A stretch of 64,000 bases of DNA from an uncultured Solirubrobacterales bacterium (GTDB lineage Bacteria > Actinomycetota > Thermoleophilia > Solirubrobacterales > 70-9): contig CAWJWL010000001.1 of NCBI GenBank assembly GCA_963846565.1, forward strand, positions 487,013-551,012, in the 5' to 3' direction. Numbering within the stretch: position 1 is the stretch's first letter; every line of letters begins with the position of its first letter. Under the pieces are notes generated by a model. The model was not told the DNA's origin. It ran no database searches and saw only the letters and a list, made by a program, of their open reading frames with translations. Position numbers and translations under genes: made by a program. Below, one piece after another: positions 45,673 through 54,972 of this stretch.

Positions 45673-46542
45673 TCAGGCGGGAGCCGACCTGCCGCGCGCG
45701 GTCCCCGGGGCGGGCATCAGCGCCGCCGCGGCGATCACGGCGACGAAGGCGAGGCCGCGGGCGAGGCCCTCGGCCAGCCCGGAGCCGATCGGGTCGCCGA
45801 AGACGATCACGCCGCCGAGGATCGCGGCGCAGTTGGAGGCAACAGAGGCCGTGGCGATCACCGGGATCGCCTCGCCGAGCTGCATTCCCTTGGCGAGCGC
45901 GAAGAAGGCCCCGAAGCCGGCGAGCGCGGCGACGAGCGCCCACGGGCTGAGCAGTGTGAGCAGGCCCCCGTCGAGGCCCTCGGTGAGCGCCTTGATCGCG
46001 ACGTTCGAGACCCCGATCAGGAGGCCGGAGGCACCGCCGAGGAGGATGCCGTGGCCGGCGTGGCGCCCGTCGCCGAGCGCGCCGGAGGCGAGCATCGCGA
46101 ACCCGGCACCGATCGCGGCGCTCTCGAAGACGATCAGCGCTGCGAGCGAGTAGTTGGCCTCGCCGTGACTGGCGGGGACGGTGACCGCGAGGAAGCCGAG
46201 CCCCGCGGCGGCGAGCCCGAGCCCCGTCCACTCGCGGCGGCCGAGCTTGCAGCCGAAGTAGCGCTCCGCCGGGAAGGCGAGGAGGACGATGCCGCCCGCG
46301 ATGACCGCCTGCACGAGCGAGAGCGGAGCGACCGCGATCGCGGCGACGTGGAACGCCCAGGCGATCGCGGCGACGGCGAAGCCGATCGTCCACCAGCGCG
46401 AGCGAAAGAGCGCCGCGGCGCTCTTCATCGGGCTCTTGATGCAGACGGCCGGCGCCTGGTTTGCGCCTCGGTGCTTGCAGAGCATGGCGACGTTCGCCGT
46501 GGCGGCGCAGCCGAGTGCGAGTGCTATCCCCAGTTCGGTCAT
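45673..46542 (-). CDS. Polytopic membrane protein (about 9-10 TM segments; DMT/NIPA-like is a guess)
   Basis: Hydrophobic throughout. Lies 37 nt upstream of gad on the same strand. Confidence 0.6.
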   Translation of the reverse strand: MTELGIALALGCAATANVAMLCKHRGANQAPAVCIKSPMKSAAALFRSRWWTIGFAVAAIAWAFHVAAIAVAPLSLVQAVIAGGIVLLAFPAERYFGCKLGRREWTGLGLAAAGLGFLAVTVPASHGEANYSLAALIVFESAAIGAGFAMLASGALGDGRHAGHGILLGGASGLLIGVSNVAIKALTEGLDGGLLTLLSPWALVAALAGFGAFFALAKGMQLGEAIPVIATASVASNCAAILGGVIVFGDPIGSGLAEGLARGLAFVAVIAAAALMPAPGTARGRSAPA

Positions 46543-46637
46543 GGATTCAAGTGGGCGCGTACTGGCGGCGGCCGGTGGCCACCCGCGTCGTTGCAGTTCG
46601 CATCGACCGATCAGGCCGATGCCTTGACCCTGCCTGT

Positions 46638-46707
46638 GTTACCGAGAGATCGGGTTCCGTCCGGTCTCTGTTAGCGAATGCTTACACATTCGAAGCAGAA
46701 AGGTAAC
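46638..46707 (-). ncRNA. Candidate structured RNA (three-way junction) in the leader of the membrane-protein/gad pair
   Basis: P1 is GTTACC (46638-46643) with GGTAAC (46702-46707). The hairpin GAGATCGG/CCGGTCTC has one G-U pair. The hairpin CGAATG/CATTCG is perfect. The stretch is locally AT-rich. Strand assigned from gene context only. Confidence 0.3.
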
Positions 46708-46847
46708 GTCCACCCCGGCCGGGTCAGGCTCAGCGCCCGCCTGACCCGATGCTCAGATCATGCCCGACGGGCGTGCCCGCTCGCCGGGCTCCGGGTCGAG
46801 CCGCTCGACGACCCCACCGCAGGCGAGCCGAGGCGGCGCTGGGTCCG

Positions 46848-47237
46848 CTAGGCACCGCCGACGATGGCCTCGGCCTCGATCTCGACCCGCCAGCGCGGAT
46901 CGAGCAGGGCGGCGACGACGACCATCGTCGCCGCCGGGCGCACGGAGGCCATGGCGGCGGAGTGCGCGGAGCCGACGGCGCCAGCATCGGCCGCGTTGAC
47001 GATGAACATGCGCGTGCGAATGATGTCGGCGACGCCGGCACCGGCCGCGGCGAGCGCATTGGCGATCAGCTCGAAGCAGCGGGCCGCCTGCACCTCGGGG
47101 TCCGGGTCGCAGCTGCCGTCGGGCCACGTCGGTCCGGTGCCGGAGACGAGCACCCGGTCACCGACACGAAGCGCGCGGCTGAAGCCGATCGGCTCCTCGA
47201 ACGGTGACTCGCCACGGACGAGCTGACGATCCGACAC
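46848..47237 (-). CDS. RidA/YjgF family protein
   Basis: FSRALRVGDRVLVSGT...RTRMFI...VEIEAEAIV. Confidence 0.8.
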   Translation of the reverse strand: MSDRQLVRGESPFEEPIGFSRALRVGDRVLVSGTGPTWPDGSCDPDPEVQAARCFELIANALAAAGAGVADIIRTRMFIVNAADAGAVGSAHSAAMASVRPAATMVVVAALLDPRWRVEIEAEAIVGGA

Positions 47238-47249
47238 GGCGGCCCAGCC

Positions 47250-48420
47250 TCAGCCCATGTGCTCGCGCAGGCGCTCGACGGCCTCGGTGATGCGCTCGTC
47301 CGGCGTCGTCAGCGAGATCCGGAAGAACCCCTCCCCGCTCGGCCCGTACATCGAGCCCGGCGAGATCACGACGGCGGCCTGCTCGAGCACGAGCTCGCAG
47401 AACGAGGTCGATGTATGTCCGTCCGGGACCGGCGCCCAGACGTAGATCGTCCCCTTCGGCGCCTCGACCTCTACCCCGATCTCGCGCAGGGCCCCGACGA
47501 CGAGGTCGCGCCGCCGCGCGTAGACGGCGTTCATCTCCTCGACCGCGGCCTGCGGGCCGTCGAGCGCCGCGACGCCGGCGAGCTGCACCGCCTCGAACAG
47601 GCCCGAGTCGACGTTCGTCTTCAGCCGCCAGTACGTGTTCACCGCCTCGGCGTTGCCGAGGATCGCCGCGCAGCGCCAGCCGGTCATGTTGAAGCCCTTC
47701 GAGAGCGAGAAGACCTCGACCCCGACCTCCTTCGCCCCCGGCGTCGCGAGGAAGCTCGGAGCGACGTAACCGTCGTAGGTCGTCTCCGAGTAGGCGTTGT
47801 CGTGGACGACGAGGATCTCGTGCTCGCGGGCGAGCTCGACCGCGCGCTCGAAGAGGCCGTCGGGGGCGATCGCGCCCGTGGGGTTGTTGGGGTAGTTGAG
47901 GAACATCAGGCGCGCCTTGCGCCAGCACCGCGGCCGGGATCGCATCCAGGTCGGGCGCGAAGCCGAGCTCGGGGACCAGCGGCAGCACCACTCCCTCCGC
48001 TCCGGCGAGCAGCGGCCCGCCGGTGTAGACCGGGTAGCCGGGGTCGGAGGCGAGCGCGACGTCGCCCGGATCGAGGAACGCGAAGCAGAGGTTGTAGATG
48101 CACTCCTTGGCGCCGATCGCCGGAATGACCTCGGTATCCGGGTCGATGACGACGCCGAAGCGGCGGTCGTAGAAGCCCGCCAGAGCCTCGCGGAACTCGG
48201 CTCGGCCGCGGTTGGAGGGGTACTGATGCGTCCCCGGGTCGGCGACGGCGGCCTGCATCGCCTCGACGATGTGCGGGAAGGTCGGAGTGTCGGGGTCGCC
48301 GATCCCGAGGCTGATCACGTCGATCCCGGCTGCCAGCTTCTCGGCTCGGCGCCGCTCGAGTTCCGCGAACGCGTAGGGCGGAATCGCCTGGAGTCGCTTC
48401 GAAGGGTCGGTCAGGGCCAC
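47250..48420 (-). pseudogene. Class I aminotransferase (LL-diaminopimelate aminotransferase-like) with one frame change near 47920
   Basis: The N-terminal 167 aa (PPYAFAELERRRAEK...DAIPAAVLA) are in the frame of 48420. KARLMFLNYPNNPTG...SLSKGFNMTGWR... to the stop at 47250 is in the frame of 47945. Confidence 0.8.
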
Positions 48421-48456
48421 GGGCGCGGCAGGCTACCGCGCCCGTAGGATTCCCGC

Positions 48457-49026
48457 GTGCGGTTGAAGGGGTCGGAGCTCGCGCTCCTGTTCGCTGTCGG
48501 AGCGCTCGGCGGCCTCGTTGGCGATGCGGGGCACGTGCAGGCGGGAACGACGACCTACCTCGACGACTCGGTTCCGTTCATCTGGGAGAGCGCGCTCTGG
48601 TTTCCGATCCTGGTCGGCCTGGCCACGGCGACGACGGGCGAGCTGCGGCTCTGGCTCGGCCCGCCGAGGCCCGGATTCGATCTGCGGATCGCGCTCGGCG
48701 CGATCGCGGCCGTGCTGGCGATCTACGCGGTCACGGCACTCGTCTTCGACCAGCCCGAGGGCCCAGCGACGACGCTCGTCCTCATGCTCGCGATCCTCGT
48801 CGTGGCATGGCTCGCCGACGGCTGGCCGGCGATCGTCTGCGGGCTGCTCGCGGCCGTGGTCGGGCCGCTCGCCGAGATCGTCATCGTCGAGCTCGAGCTC
48901 TCGCGCTACGCGGAGTCGGCCGACTCGCTCTTCGGCGTGCCACTCTGGCTGCCGGCGCTCTACCTCGCCTTCGGCGTCGTCGCCGCGCGGCTCGCGGAGT
49001 TGCTCGTCGCGCGGCGAGCGGGCTAG
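48457..49026 (+). CDS. Hypothetical membrane protein (189 aa)
   Basis: GTG start and several TM segments. Confidence 0.5.
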   Translation: MRLKGSELALLFAVGALGGLVGDAGHVQAGTTTYLDDSVPFIWESALWFPILVGLATATTGELRLWLGPPRPGFDLRIALGAIAAVLAIYAVTALVFDQPEGPATTLVLMLAILVVAWLADGWPAIVCGLLAAVVGPLAEIVIVELELSRYAESADSLFGVPLWLPALYLAFGVVAARLAELLVARRAG

Positions 49027-49856
49027 CCCAGGCTCTCGACGAGAGCGGCGTCGAGCTTTCCGCGGTAGACCCGAGACGCGCTCCCGATCAACGTCACGTC
49101 CAGCTCGTCGGTGATCTCCACGGTGAGCTGACCGCCGTCGAGCTCGACCGTGATCGGGCTCGGAGCGCCACCGAGAAAGGCGGCGACGGCCGCCCCGCTC
49201 GCCCCGGTTCCGGAGGAGAGGGTCTCCCCCACCCCGCGTTCGAATATGCGCGCGCGGACCCGCGAGCCATCGACCCGCGTGAACGAGACGTTGGTGCGCT
49301 GCGGGAACTTGCTGCTCGCCTCGATCGCCGGGCCGATCGCCTGCAGGTCGAGGTCCTCCAGGCCCTCGCCGATCTCGACCACGCACTGCGGGTTGCCGAC
49401 GTCGACGTGCTGGAAGCGCCAGTCGTGCCCGCGCGAGCTGATCGTCCCCGTCCCGTCGGGGGGCCCGGAGGGGAAGAACTCGGATGTCACCGACGCCCTC
49501 CCGATCGCCATCGTCACCTCGTTCGGTCCGGTGATCGTCGGCGTCACCTCGCCGGCCTTGGTGATGATCGTGAACGTGTTGATATCGGTCCAGCCGGCGT
49601 GGCGGAGGTAGAGAACCGCCTCACGGGCCCCGTTGCCGGAAAGCTCGGCCTCGGAGCCGTCGGGGTTGAAGATCCGCAACTCGGCGACGTAGCGCTCGTC
49701 GTCCGTCCGCGAGAGCAGCAGGATCCCGTCGGAGCCGACGCCGACATGCGGCTCGCAGATGCGCTCGATCCGCTCCGGCGTCAGGTCCCAGGGAAGGTTG
49801 TCGGCCTCGACGACGATGTAGTCGTTGCCGAGTGCCTGCCACTTCTCGAACCGCAT
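49023..49856 (-). CDS. dapF: Diaminopimelate epimerase
   Basis: FEKWQALGNDY, NPDGSEAELSGNG and ERGVGETLSSGTG motifs. Confidence 0.92.
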   Translation of the reverse strand: MRFEKWQALGNDYIVVEADNLPWDLTPERIERICEPHVGVGSDGILLLSRTDDERYVAELRIFNPDGSEAELSGNGAREAVLYLRHAGWTDINTFTIITKAGEVTPTITGPNEVTMAIGRASVTSEFFPSGPPDGTGTISSRGHDWRFQHVDVGNPQCVVEIGEGLEDLDLQAIGPAIEASSKFPQRTNVSFTRVDGSRVRARIFERGVGETLSSGTGASGAAVAAFLGGAPSPITVELDGGQLTVEITDELDVTLIGSASRVYRGKLDAALVESLG

Positions 49857-49866
49857 GGAGGCGAGC

Positions 49867-50751
49867 CTAGTCGAGCATTGCGACGACTTCGGCGGCGACA
49901 TCGGCGTCACCGCGACCGCCGCGGTCGATCTGCCGCACATCCTCCATCCGCCGCATCCAGGTGAGCTGGCGACGGGCGAAACGCCACTGCGCCGCCTTCA
50001 TCGCGTCGACGTCGCCGCGCTGGAGCTCCTCGAAGCCGATGGCGTACCGGGCGGTGCGTGAAGCACCAGCAGAGACGGCGCTCGCCACCTCCTCTTCGGC
50101 ACCGAGGCGGATCATCTCGTCCACCCGTGTATCGATCCTTGCCCGCAGGTCCTCCGGATCGGTCGTCAAGCCGACCAGCGTCGCCGGGCGGCGCAGATCA
50201 TCGCTCCAGAGCCCGCTCGAGGTCTTGTGCGGCTCGATCCCGGCGCGCTGGAGTCCGACCAGGCGCGCGACTCGCTTGCGGTCGTTGGGGTGCGTGGTGG
50301 CGGCCAGGTCCGGATCGAGCTCGTCGTGGAGTGCCTGCGACCCAAGTTCGGAGACCTCACGCTCGACCTGCTCGCGGATCTCGTCGGGCAGGGGCGGGCG
50401 CAGCTCGAGCTCGGAGAGCGCCGCGCGCATGTAGAGCCCGGTGCCGCCGACGAGGACCGGCCGCCGGCCCTCGGCGATCAGCTCGTCGATCTCCGCGTGC
50501 GCGAGGTTGGCGAAGCGACCGGCGGAGAACTCGCCGTCGAGCGGGACGATCCCGAGCAGCCGGTGCTCGAGCCGCGCCCGCTCCCCCGCACTCGCCGCGC
50601 CGCTGAGGATCTCGAGGCCCTCGTAGACCTGAATCGCGTCGCAGGAGACGGCGACCGGGTCCTCCCCGCGCTCGCGCAGCAGGTCGGCGAGCGCGATCGC
50701 GACGCCGGTCTTGCCGACGGCGGTCGGCCCGAAGATCGCGAGGACGTCCAA
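49867..50751 (-). CDS. miaA: tRNA dimethylallyltransferase
   Basis: P-loop IFGPTAVGKTG and VGGTGLY. TTG start chosen 5 nt after the racemase stop. An upstream ATG is also possible. Confidence 0.88.
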   Translation of the reverse strand: MDVLAIFGPTAVGKTGVAIALADLLRERGEDPVAVSCDAIQVYEGLEILSGAASAGERARLEHRLLGIVPLDGEFSAGRFANLAHAEIDELIAEGRRPVLVGGTGLYMRAALSELELRPPLPDEIREQVEREVSELGSQALHDELDPDLAATTHPNDRKRVARLVGLQRAGIEPHKTSSGLWSDDLRRPATLVGLTTDPEDLRARIDTRVDEMIRLGAEEEVASAVSAGASRTARYAIGFEELQRGDVDAMKAAQWRFARRQLTWMRRMEDVRQIDRGGRGDADVAAEVVAMLD

Positions 50752-50755
50752 GGAC

Positions 50756-51454
50756 CTAGCCCGCCTCGATCGCGAGCTCCACGGCCGCCTCGGCATGCAG
50801 GCGCGTCGTGTCGAAGAGAGGCACCGAGCTGTCGGGCTCGCCGACGAGCAGCCCGATCTCCGTGCAGCCGAGGATGATGCCTCCGGCCCCCGCGTCGACG
50901 AGCGTCTCGATCGCGCGGCGGTAGCGCTCGCGCGAATCGTCGCGCACGTCGCCGAGGACGAGCTCCTCATAGATCACGTCGTGGATCATCGTCCGGTCGG
51001 GCTCCTCCGGGACCAACACGCCGAGGCCGTGGCGCTCGCGCAGGCGGTCGGCATAGAACTCACCCTCCATCGTGTAGCGGGTTCCGAGCAGGCCGATCGT
51101 CCCGATCCCGGCGGCCTCGATCGCCGCTCCCGTCGGATCGGCGATGTGGACGAAGGGGATCGAGACCGCGGCATCGATCTCGCCCGCCAGCCGGTGCATC
51201 GTGTTCGTGCAGAGGATGAGGAGCTCGGCACCGCCGGCCTCGAGTGAGCGGGCACATTCGGCGAGCCTCTCCCCCGCCGCCTCCCAGTCGCCGCTCGCCT
51301 GCATCGCCTCGATCTCCGCGAAGTCGACCGAGAGCATCAAGCACTTGGCCGAGTGAAAGCCGCCGAGGCGTTCGCGTACCGCCTCGTTGACGAGGCGGTA
51401 GTACTCGGCCGAAGACTCCCAGCTCATCCCGCCGAGGAGCCCGATCGTCCGCAT
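50756..51454 (-). CDS. Aspartate/glutamate racemase family protein
   Basis: IGLLGGMSWESS, LILCTNTMH and IILGCTEI (two catalytic Cys contexts). Confidence 0.85.
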   Translation of the reverse strand: MRTIGLLGGMSWESSAEYYRLVNEAVRERLGGFHSAKCLMLSVDFAEIEAMQASGDWEAAGERLAECARSLEAGGAELLILCTNTMHRLAGEIDAAVSIPFVHIADPTGAAIEAAGIGTIGLLGTRYTMEGEFYADRLRERHGLGVLVPEEPDRTMIHDVIYEELVLGDVRDDSRERYRRAIETLVDAGAGGIILGCTEIGLLVGEPDSSVPLFDTTRLHAEAAVELAIEAG

Positions 51455-51468
51455 CGGGCGGCCCGCGC

Positions 51469-52794
51469 TCAGCCGACGCGGCTCAGAAGCCGCTCGTGGC
51501 CGGTCAGCGTCTGCGACGTCGCCGCCGTGATCTCCACCTCGACCAGCTCGCCCGGGGCCGCCGTGCCGGCGAAGTTGACCGCCTTGTTGTGGCGGATCCG
51601 GCCGCGGAGCTGATCGGGGTCGCGCCTGGTCGGGCCCTCGACGAGGACCTCCATCGTCCGGCCGACGAACCGTTGCGCCCGCTCCTTCGCTCGCGCCTGA
51701 ACGAGGTCGACGAGCCGCTCCATCCGCTCCTTCTTGACCGCGTGTGGGATCTGGTCCGGCAGCTCGGCCGCGTCGGTCTCGCGGCGCGGCGAGAAGACGA
51801 AGGTGAAGGCGCTGTCGTAGCCGACCTGGCCGACCACCTCGAGCGTTTCGGCGAAGTCGGCCTCGGTCTCGCCGGGGAAGCCGACGATGATGTCCGTGGT
51901 CAGCGCGCAGTCGGGGACGTGCTCGCGGATCTGCGCGACCCGGTCGAGGTAGCGCCCGCGGTCGTACGTGCGGCGCATCGCTTTGAGGATCCGACTCGAG
52001 CCCGACTGCAACGGCAGGTGGATGTGCTCGCAGAGCGCGGGCAGCTCGGCGTGCGCGCGGATCACGTCTTCGCGCATGTCCTTTGGATGCGGGCTCGTGT
52101 AGCGGATGCGCTCGACCCCGTCGACCGCATCGATTCGCGCCAGGAGCTCGGCGAACGAGGTGCGGGTCTCGCGCGGAAGGTCGCGTCCGTAGCTGTTCAC
52201 GTTCTGGCCCAGCAGGGTCACTTCCCTGACGCCGTCGGCCGCGAGTCGCTCGACCTCGGCGACGAGCTCTGACGGCTCGCGGCTCTGCTCCCGGCCGCGG
52301 GTCGAGGGCACGATGCAGTACGAGCAGCGGCAGTTGCACCCCTGCGAGATCTGCAGCCACGCCTGGAACTCGCGCTCGCGATGTGGGGGCAGGTGTCCGG
52401 CGAAGCCCTCGAACTCGAAGTAGCCCTGCGCCGTCAGCGAATCCGAGGTGAGGAACTCGGCGAGGCGCGCGATCTGCCCGGGTCCGAAGGCAACGTCGAC
52501 GAACGGGAACCGCTCGAAGACCTCGTCCTTGACCGACTGCGCCCAGCACCCACCGACGCCGACGACTCGGCTCGGATCCTCGGACTTGAGCCGCTTCGCC
52601 TGCCCCAGATGGGCGATGAAGCGGTTGTCGGCCGCCTCGCGGATGGAGCACGTGTTGAAGAGGATCAGGTCGGCGTCGTCGCGCTCGGCCGCCTCGGTGT
52701 AGCCGAGCGAGCCGAGCATCCCCTTCATCCGCTCGGAGTCGTGCTCGTTCATCTGACAGCCGAACGTGGTCACGTGGAAACGCTTGCCGCTCAC
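51469..52794 (-). CDS. miaB: tRNA-i6A37 methylthiotransferase
   Basis: FHVTTFGCQMN. Radical-SAM CNCRCSYC. TRAM C-terminus. GTG start at 52794. Confidence 0.92.
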   Translation of the reverse strand: MSGKRFHVTTFGCQMNEHDSERMKGMLGSLGYTEAAERDDADLILFNTCSIREAADNRFIAHLGQAKRLKSEDPSRVVGVGGCWAQSVKDEVFERFPFVDVAFGPGQIARLAEFLTSDSLTAQGYFEFEGFAGHLPPHREREFQAWLQISQGCNCRCSYCIVPSTRGREQSREPSELVAEVERLAADGVREVTLLGQNVNSYGRDLPRETRTSFAELLARIDAVDGVERIRYTSPHPKDMREDVIRAHAELPALCEHIHLPLQSGSSRILKAMRRTYDRGRYLDRVAQIREHVPDCALTTDIIVGFPGETEADFAETLEVVGQVGYDSAFTFVFSPRRETDAAELPDQIPHAVKKERMERLVDLVQARAKERAQRFVGRTMEVLVEGPTRRDPDQLRGRIRHNKAVNFAGTAAPGELVEVEITAATSQTLTGHERLLSRVG

Positions 52795-52842
52795 GGTGCG
52801 GGATCTTACGGAGGCCCAGCCACCACCCCGACGGAAGGACCG

Positions 52843-53646
52843 ATGGACTACCAGACCCTGCGCTACGAGCTCTCGGACCACGTGGCCGTGCTCACCTACG
52901 ACCGTCCCGAGCAGCGAAACGCCGTCTCGCGGCAGATGAACGCCGAGCTTCACCACGCGTGGCGGCGCTTCCGCGACGATGCGGACGCCTTCGTCCTCGT
53001 GATCACCGGCACGGGCGACGCCTTCTGCGCCGGCTGGGACCTCGCCGACGCGGCGGAGACCGAGATCGGCGACTGGAGCGAGTTCCGCACGCACGTCTAC
53101 GACTCGCCCGGCGATTGCGGTTACACACGGCGGGCGGACGTGTTCAAGCCGGTGATCGCCGCGATCAACGGCTGGGCGGTCGCCGCCGGGCTCGAGAACG
53201 CCTGTCTGGCCGACATCCGCATCGTCGCCGAGAACGCCGTCTTCGGCGCCCTCGAACGACGGTGGAACATCGTCGCGGGCGACGGGATGACGGTCCGTTT
53301 GCCGCTGATCGTCGGCTGGGCGAAGGCGATGGAGCTGATCATCACCGGGCGCCCCGTCGACGCCGAGGAGGCCCTGCGGATCGGCCTCGCGAACGAGCTC
53401 GTCCCCGAGGGCGAGGCACTCGATCGCGCGCTCGAGCTCGCGCGCGAGATCGCCGCCCTGCCCCAGGGTGCGATCCGCACCGACAAGGAGACGATGGTCC
53501 GCAACGTCGGCCGCACGCTCGAGGAGCAGCTGCGCCAGGAGGTCGACGCCTCGGTGGGGATGTTCATGCGCCGCGACTCGCACGCGATCGGGGCGAGCGC
53601 GTTCAAGCAGGGACGTGTCCCGGAGTGGCCCAATCACGGTCTATGA
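52843..53646 (+). CDS. Enoyl-CoA hydratase/isomerase (crotonase) family protein
   Basis: RNAVSRQM, FCAGWDL and KPVIAAINGWAVAAG motifs. GGAAGGA RBS. Confidence 0.88.
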   Translation: MDYQTLRYELSDHVAVLTYDRPEQRNAVSRQMNAELHHAWRRFRDDADAFVLVITGTGDAFCAGWDLADAAETEIGDWSEFRTHVYDSPGDCGYTRRADVFKPVIAAINGWAVAAGLENACLADIRIVAENAVFGALERRWNIVAGDGMTVRLPLIVGWAKAMELIITGRPVDAEEALRIGLANELVPEGEALDRALELAREIAALPQGAIRTDKETMVRNVGRTLEEQLRQEVDASVGMFMRRDSHAIGASAFKQGRVPEWPNHGL

Positions 53647-53673
53647 ACCGACGCCCCCGGGTAGAGCCCCCGT

Positions 53674-54213
53674 GTGGCGCAGCAGGCAAGGGTGCTCGAA
53701 CCGCTCGACCGGTGGGACGTCGTCAACCGTGGCCGCTTCGAGGCCGCGCACGACGGGCACACCTGGACTGTCGACGTCGACTTCTTCGACTTCTCCGAGC
53801 AGCTCCGCCTCTATTGCGACGGGATCCACGTGGCGACGAGGAAGTCTCCGGCGAGGTTCGAGATCGGGCCCGGGGTGCGGATCGAGGCGGCGGTGGGGGC
53901 GTTCGGCATGCGGAAGATCGAACTCGTCGAGGGCGCGGTCTCCACGACCCTGGCTCCGGCCGAGGGGACCGCGGAGGCGTGGCGCGTGGGCCTCGCTCGC
54001 GAGCGTCCGGATCTGAGTCGCGCGATCGGGGTGGCCTCGTTCGTCGTGCTCGTGATCGCGGCCGTCTATGGCGCGATCGAGCTGATCGAGCTCACGGGCG
54101 TCGACGCGCCGCTCGGGCTTTCGGCGCCGGTCGGAGTGGTTCTCGGGTTCGCGGCGCTCGCCGCGGCCATCGAGCGAGCCCTGCGGTTGAAGAGCAACCG
54201 CTGGCTCGATTGA
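53674..54213 (+). CDS. Hypothetical membrane protein (179 aa)
   Basis: Two C-terminal TM segments. No family recognised. Confidence 0.45.
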   Translation: MAQQARVLEPLDRWDVVNRGRFEAAHDGHTWTVDVDFFDFSEQLRLYCDGIHVATRKSPARFEIGPGVRIEAAVGAFGMRKIELVEGAVSTTLAPAEGTAEAWRVGLARERPDLSRAIGVASFVVLVIAAVYGAIELIELTGVDAPLGLSAPVGVVLGFAALAAAIERALRLKSNRWLD

Positions 54214-54280
54214 CGGGGATTCGGCAGGGAGTCGGCGGGTTCGGGGTCGCGGGGAACCGGGCGAAGCTGAAGCGGTTCGC

Positions 54281-54922
54281 TCAGCCCCTGCCGCCGGTCG
54301 CCTCGGAGAGGTAGGAGACGAGCGCCTCCAGTTCCTCCGGGCTCAGGTCGGTGCCGTAGGTCTGCGGCATCACGTCGGGCGGATAGCCCTGCGCGACGTC
54401 CGCGTTCGGGTCGACGATCGCCTCCTCGATGAACGCCGTGTCCTGGCCCCTGAGCGCGCCATCGAGCACGGGCCCGGTCACTCCGGTGCTCCCGGCGTCG
54501 GCGAGCGTGTGACAGCCGCCACAGCCGGAGTCGGTGAACACGACGGCGCCGTCGACCGCCGGTGCCGCAGGTTCGGAGGGCTCCGCCGGTTCGCCGGGAG
54601 GCGGTTCCTCGGGCGCCGGACCGTCAGCAGGCGCCTCCTGGCCCGGCGGGGCCTCACCGGTCCCCTCCCCGAGCTCCTCGAGGCCCTGCTGCGGGCTCAG
54701 CTCCTCGCCCGCCGCGATCAGCTCGTTACGGTGCTCCTGCTCCTCCTCCCCGTTGAGCCAGGCGAAGGCGGCCGTGGCGACGACCAGGGCGGCGAAGATC
54801 GCCGTGCCGAAGATCAGGACCGGCTTCGGCGGGAAGTTCTCGTATCGCAGGCCGACGAACGACGTGATCAGCGCCACCGCGACGAGGCCGAGCCCGAGGA
54901 CGTAGAAAAGCGTCTCATCCAT
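54281..54922 (-). CDS. Membrane-anchored c-type cytochrome
   Basis: Two N-terminal TM helices, an acidic/Pro-rich linker, and the heme motif CGGCH. Confidence 0.85.
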   Translation of the reverse strand: MDETLFYVLGLGLVAVALITSFVGLRYENFPPKPVLIFGTAIFAALVVATAAFAWLNGEEEQEHRNELIAAGEELSPQQGLEELGEGTGEAPPGQEAPADGPAPEEPPPGEPAEPSEPAAPAVDGAVVFTDSGCGGCHTLADAGSTGVTGPVLDGALRGQDTAFIEEAIVDPNADVAQGYPPDVMPQTYGTDLSPEELEALVSYLSEATGGRG

Positions 54923-54972
54923 CGGCGCGGAACTCTATCGACGGCTCGGACGACTGGAACACTCGCCCGCGA

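Noticed and set aside
46638-46716. Plus-strand promoter reading TTACAC-16 nt-TAACGT within the AT-rich patch, or a purine-riboswitch-like fold on the plus strand.
   Set aside because: There is no plus-strand gene downstream, because ridA is on the minus strand. The junction also lacks the J1/2 strand that purine-type three-way junctions need.
51455-52651. Upstream 399 aa of ORF 50756..52651, and likewise the upstream part of 51469..53637.
   Set aside because: These are Arg/Pro-rich extensions overlapping miaB and the enoyl-CoA hydratase gene. The real genes start at MRTIGLLGG and at GTG 52794.
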